Assembly: GCA_965218095.1 (NCBI GenBank)
Contig: OZ244587.1
Span: 2,569,694 to 2,633,693, forward strand
From: Candidatus Poribacteria bacterium
GTDB lineage: Bacteria; Poribacteria; WGA-4E; PCPOR2b
Direction of reading: 5' to 3'
DNA length: 64,000 nt
The notes beneath the pieces were generated by a model. The model saw only the letters and a list, made by a program, of their open reading frames with translations, did not search any database and had not been told where the DNA came from. Below are positions 61,251 to 64,000 of the stretch, in pieces. Made by a program: the position numbers and the translations under genes. How positions within the stretch are numbered: the first letter of the stretch is position 1; each line of letters begins with the position of its first letter.

Positions 61251-62237
61251 TCAGCCGTAAAGCTGCGCAACATATTCGGCGTAACCGTTGTAGAGCAGCG
61301 TCGGGCGTCTTTTCCATGTGAAGGCTGGGCCTCGACCAATCATCCGTTCCGAGGCTTGTGACCACCGTGGGTGAGGCACGTCGGGCTCAACATTCGCCTC
61401 AAAACCGTATTCGTTCGGTTGAAGGCTGTTCCAGAACGTCTTCGACTGATAGTTGAGAAACTCAATTTTTACGATGGATTTGGCACCCTTGAAGCCGTAC
61501 TTCCACGGCACCACTTCGCGGATGGGGGCACCATGCTGTTTTGGAAGTTCGTGACCATAGATACCGATGGCAAAAAATGCCAGTTCGTTTGCCATTTCGT
61601 CAGTGCGGAGACCTTCTGTATACGGCCACGGAAGCCGAGACAAGCTAAGCCCCGGGCCTTTGGTAATCTTTGGGTTGTAAAACGAGATGAAGCGAACGAA
61701 TCTCGCCTCTGACATCGGTTCGACATCATCAATGATCCGCTTCATCGGGAAGCCGAGCCATGGAACAACCATTGCCCACGCCTCAACACAACGGAAGCGA
61801 TAGACCCGCTCCTCAAGGGGAAATTTCTTCTTGATGTCGTCCATGTCATAGGTGCGAGGATTCCGGACTAAGCCGGTGACCTCTACTTTCCAATTTTCGG
61901 TCGGCAACGCCTGCGCTGCTTTCCAGATGGATTTTGAACCACCGAATTCATAGAAATTGTTATACTTGGCAGCAAGAGCTTCGTCAGTGATGGGGCGGTC
62001 AACCTTTGCAAAGGCTAGATTTCGTTTGACCGATCCGAATTTCATCAGGTTCGGGTCTATTTGGGGAGGCGTTTTTGACTCCGATTCGCTCGCGCAACCG
62101 AGAATAGGACTGCCGGCGATGCTCAAACCGGCACCAGCAAGCGTCGTCAAGAACCGCCGCCGATTCATAAAAGCTGTTTCCGGCGTGGCCTCCCGCTCTG
62201 GAATCTCCCAAGCTTTTGGAATATGGATGTTTGCCAT
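61251..62237 (-). CDS. msrP: Protein-methionine-sulfoxide reductase catalytic subunit MsrP (YedY, molybdopterin oxidoreductase)
   Basis: The Tat signal is RRRFLTTLAGAGLSIAGS, and the sulfite-oxidase-family molybdopterin-binding core is ...FRCVEAWAMVVPW.... The ORF is 328 aa. Confidence 0.8.
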   Translation of the reverse strand: MANIHIPKAWEIPEREATPETAFMNRRRFLTTLAGAGLSIAGSPILGCASESESKTPPQIDPNLMKFGSVKRNLAFAKVDRPITDEALAAKYNNFYEFGGSKSIWKAAQALPTENWKVEVTGLVRNPRTYDMDDIKKKFPLEERVYRFRCVEAWAMVVPWLGFPMKRIIDDVEPMSEARFVRFISFYNPKITKGPGLSLSRLPWPYTEGLRTDEMANELAFFAIGIYGHELPKQHGAPIREVVPWKYGFKGAKSIVKIEFLNYQSKTFWNSLQPNEYGFEANVEPDVPHPRWSQASERMIGRGPAFTWKRRPTLLYNGYAEYVAQLYG

Positions 62238-62440
62238 GGATTTACCCTCTCTTTCTGCGTACTACCACGATATTCGTAGCGCGTGGACTGCATCGAACGG
62301 AAATGTAAAGCGCGAAACGTGACGAGTGAGAAGTGACGCGCTCGTTTTTCATGTCTCACTCATCATGTAATAGATGGTACACCTTATTCCGTCAATCGAA
62401 TCGGTCGTGATAGTACAGTTTTAATCCTTCCAATACTTCC

Positions 62441-63280
62441 TTACACACGCTTCCACCGACTTGGGTTCATTCCCGGTGCTCCTTTTTTCATGTTCGGTGG
62501 TTTGTTGCCACCGTGATAATCCCAGTGGCGGGTGTTGCGGTCGCTGAATAATGGTCTAACGGAATCCGGCAGTTTCGCTAGGTCTGCATCATCCCAGGTT
62601 GACACTTTGTCTTGGGGGCCCGCCCATGCCGGACGATAAGCGATAGCGAGCATTGCACGGGGATAGTCGCCAACATTAGGGAAGTTGCCGTGAAAGACTT
62701 TGTGGTTGATCAGTACCGCTGAACCCGCTTTCGCAGGGACCATCACCTCTTCGGGGTGCGATTCAAAACGTTTGTAGGGATTCGCATCGGCGTGCATCGA
62801 GAGGTGGGATCGGGGGATGACGCGGAACGGAGAAACCTCCGGGGTGAGATTATCAAGGTAGTACAGCACCCGGACCATAAAGGGAACGCTGCCATCGTAA
62901 CCGAAGATTTGAGAGCCGTAGGGTTGCCCGTCCGTGTGCAGGCTGATGCCCGGATGCCCCGGTTCGGAACGGGCGTAGCCGTAGCTCATCATAATAATCT
63001 CGTCGCCAAAAAGTTCCCGCAAGAAGGACAGGGTTGGGGGATGGGCAAGCAGTTCCGTGAGTGCCCCCCCTCTAAATTGGATGTTCGGACATCCCCGCTG
63101 ATATACACTGTAATCGACTGCGCGGGTTTCCAACTTCGCGGTTTCCGACTTAAGTCGAGCGACGTGGTCAGGAGACAGCAGGTCTGGCAGCAAGAGATAG
63201 CCTTCAACTTCGATCTGGCGAATTCGCTCGCCGAGCGTCAAAGCTGACCAGTCACGGTCATCAATGCGTGGTGTGTTCAT
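62441..63280 (-). CDS. Phytanoyl-CoA dioxygenase (PhyH)-family Fe(II)/2OG oxygenase
   Basis: It has a GGAGG RBS, the HxD motif ISLHTDG, and a distal His in KVFHGNFPN. Confidence 0.7.
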   Translation of the reverse strand: MNTPRIDDRDWSALTLGERIRQIEVEGYLLLPDLLSPDHVARLKSETAKLETRAVDYSVYQRGCPNIQFRGGALTELLAHPPTLSFLRELFGDEIIMMSYGYARSEPGHPGISLHTDGQPYGSQIFGYDGSVPFMVRVLYYLDNLTPEVSPFRVIPRSHLSMHADANPYKRFESHPEEVMVPAKAGSAVLINHKVFHGNFPNVGDYPRAMLAIAYRPAWAGPQDKVSTWDDADLAKLPDSVRPLFSDRNTRHWDYHGGNKPPNMKKGAPGMNPSRWKRV

Positions 63281-63539
63281 TGCGATTCCTCCAAATGTCG
63301 TCGAAATCTGAGATGAAAGATGGTGAGCCTAATTTTTATTCCGATTAAGAACTTCCATGTGAAAAAATTTGGTTCACAGTATTTAGGTTATCCTATTTGG
63401 CGGATGATGTCAATAAGGAAATATCGAATTTTTTGTTGCAGAGTGCCCGTTTGTCTGCTAATATGGTAGGTCAAACGCACTCTTCAAAATCAGAGTTCAC
63501 AGACATCTCTAAATATGGCTTTTCTGAGGAGAAAACTCA

Positions 63540-64000
63540 TGCCCGAATCATATCAAGGTTCACATCAGCAGTACGACGCGATTTGCCAATCCAACGTGAT
63601 GATTCCGATGCGCGATGGCGTATGCCTAGCGACCGACATCTACTTTCCTGCGCTGGGCGGTCAGCCGACGTCGGGAAAATTTCCGGTAATCCTAGAACGT
63701 ACCCCCTACGATAAGGCGGCAGCGGGAAATGTGACAAACGGTGCCTACTACACCCGGCGAGGCTACGTCTGCGCGATTCAGGATGTGCGAGGCAGATTCG
63801 CCAGCGACGGTGAGTGGTATCCCTTCGCCAAAGAAGCCCCCGATGGCTACGACACGGTGGAATGGCTCGCCGCCCAAGAGTGGAGTGATGGACAGGTCGG
63901 CACGATGGGCGGGTCGTATTGCGGCAGCGACCAATCCGCGCTGGCAACCCTCAACCCGCCGCATCTTTCGACGATGATTGTCGCTGTTGGCGCGTCGAAT
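63540..64000 (+). CDS. CocE/NonD-family (S15) alpha/beta hydrolase, N-terminal part (runs off the window)
   Basis: A GGAGAAAA RBS precedes ATG 63540. The motifs are PMRDGVCLATDIYFP, ERTPY and GGSYCG (GxSYxG nucleophile elbow). Confidence 0.7.

Overview
This is a 64 kb bacterial chromosomal window of about 52% GC with mixed housekeeping and accessory content.

**Intact genes.** selB is followed directly by a tRNA-Sec gene (UCA anticodon, 8-bp acceptor stem, long variable arm). There are stress genes (HtrA/DegP protease, Hsp20, BI-1/YccA, an ECF sigma factor) and a heptose/nucleotide-sugar cluster (heptose-7-P kinase, GmhB, UDP-sugar dehydrogenase, a DegT aminotransferase further on). Also present: a RecQ helicase with an unrecognised N-terminal domain of about 240 aa, MsrP, two D-2-hydroxyacid dehydrogenase paralogs, an OYE flavin reductase, nicotinate phosphoribosyltransferase, NHL and BNR beta-propeller proteins, tandem DUF488 genes and a coiled-coil NYN-domain protein.

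**Mobile DNA.** I see an intact-ended IS5/IS427-group element flanked by TA duplications, a 159-bp MITE carrying the same inverted repeats, and a degenerate IS701/IS4-like element. That element carries an ORF-less group II intron with a textbook domain V. There are also IS66-type inverted-repeat remnants and short REP-like repeats.

**Gene decay.** Many otherwise well-conserved genes contain single in-frame TAG or TAA codons: the epimerase, GNAT, RidA, Uma2 and AzgA genes. Others are frameshifted or truncated: the ECF sigma factor, an M14 peptidase, transposases, and EAL, XisI, Gfo and C45-peptidase fragments.

**Lead candidate.** One conserved ORF is interrupted by a single TGA that creates a U-x-x-C motif. 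A GGUC-looped hairpin sits at SECIS spacing downstream. Together with selB and tRNA-Sec in the same window, this is the best candidate for an unannotated selenoprotein.

All calls come from reading the sequence and the six-frame translations against remembered family signatures. No database searches were run.
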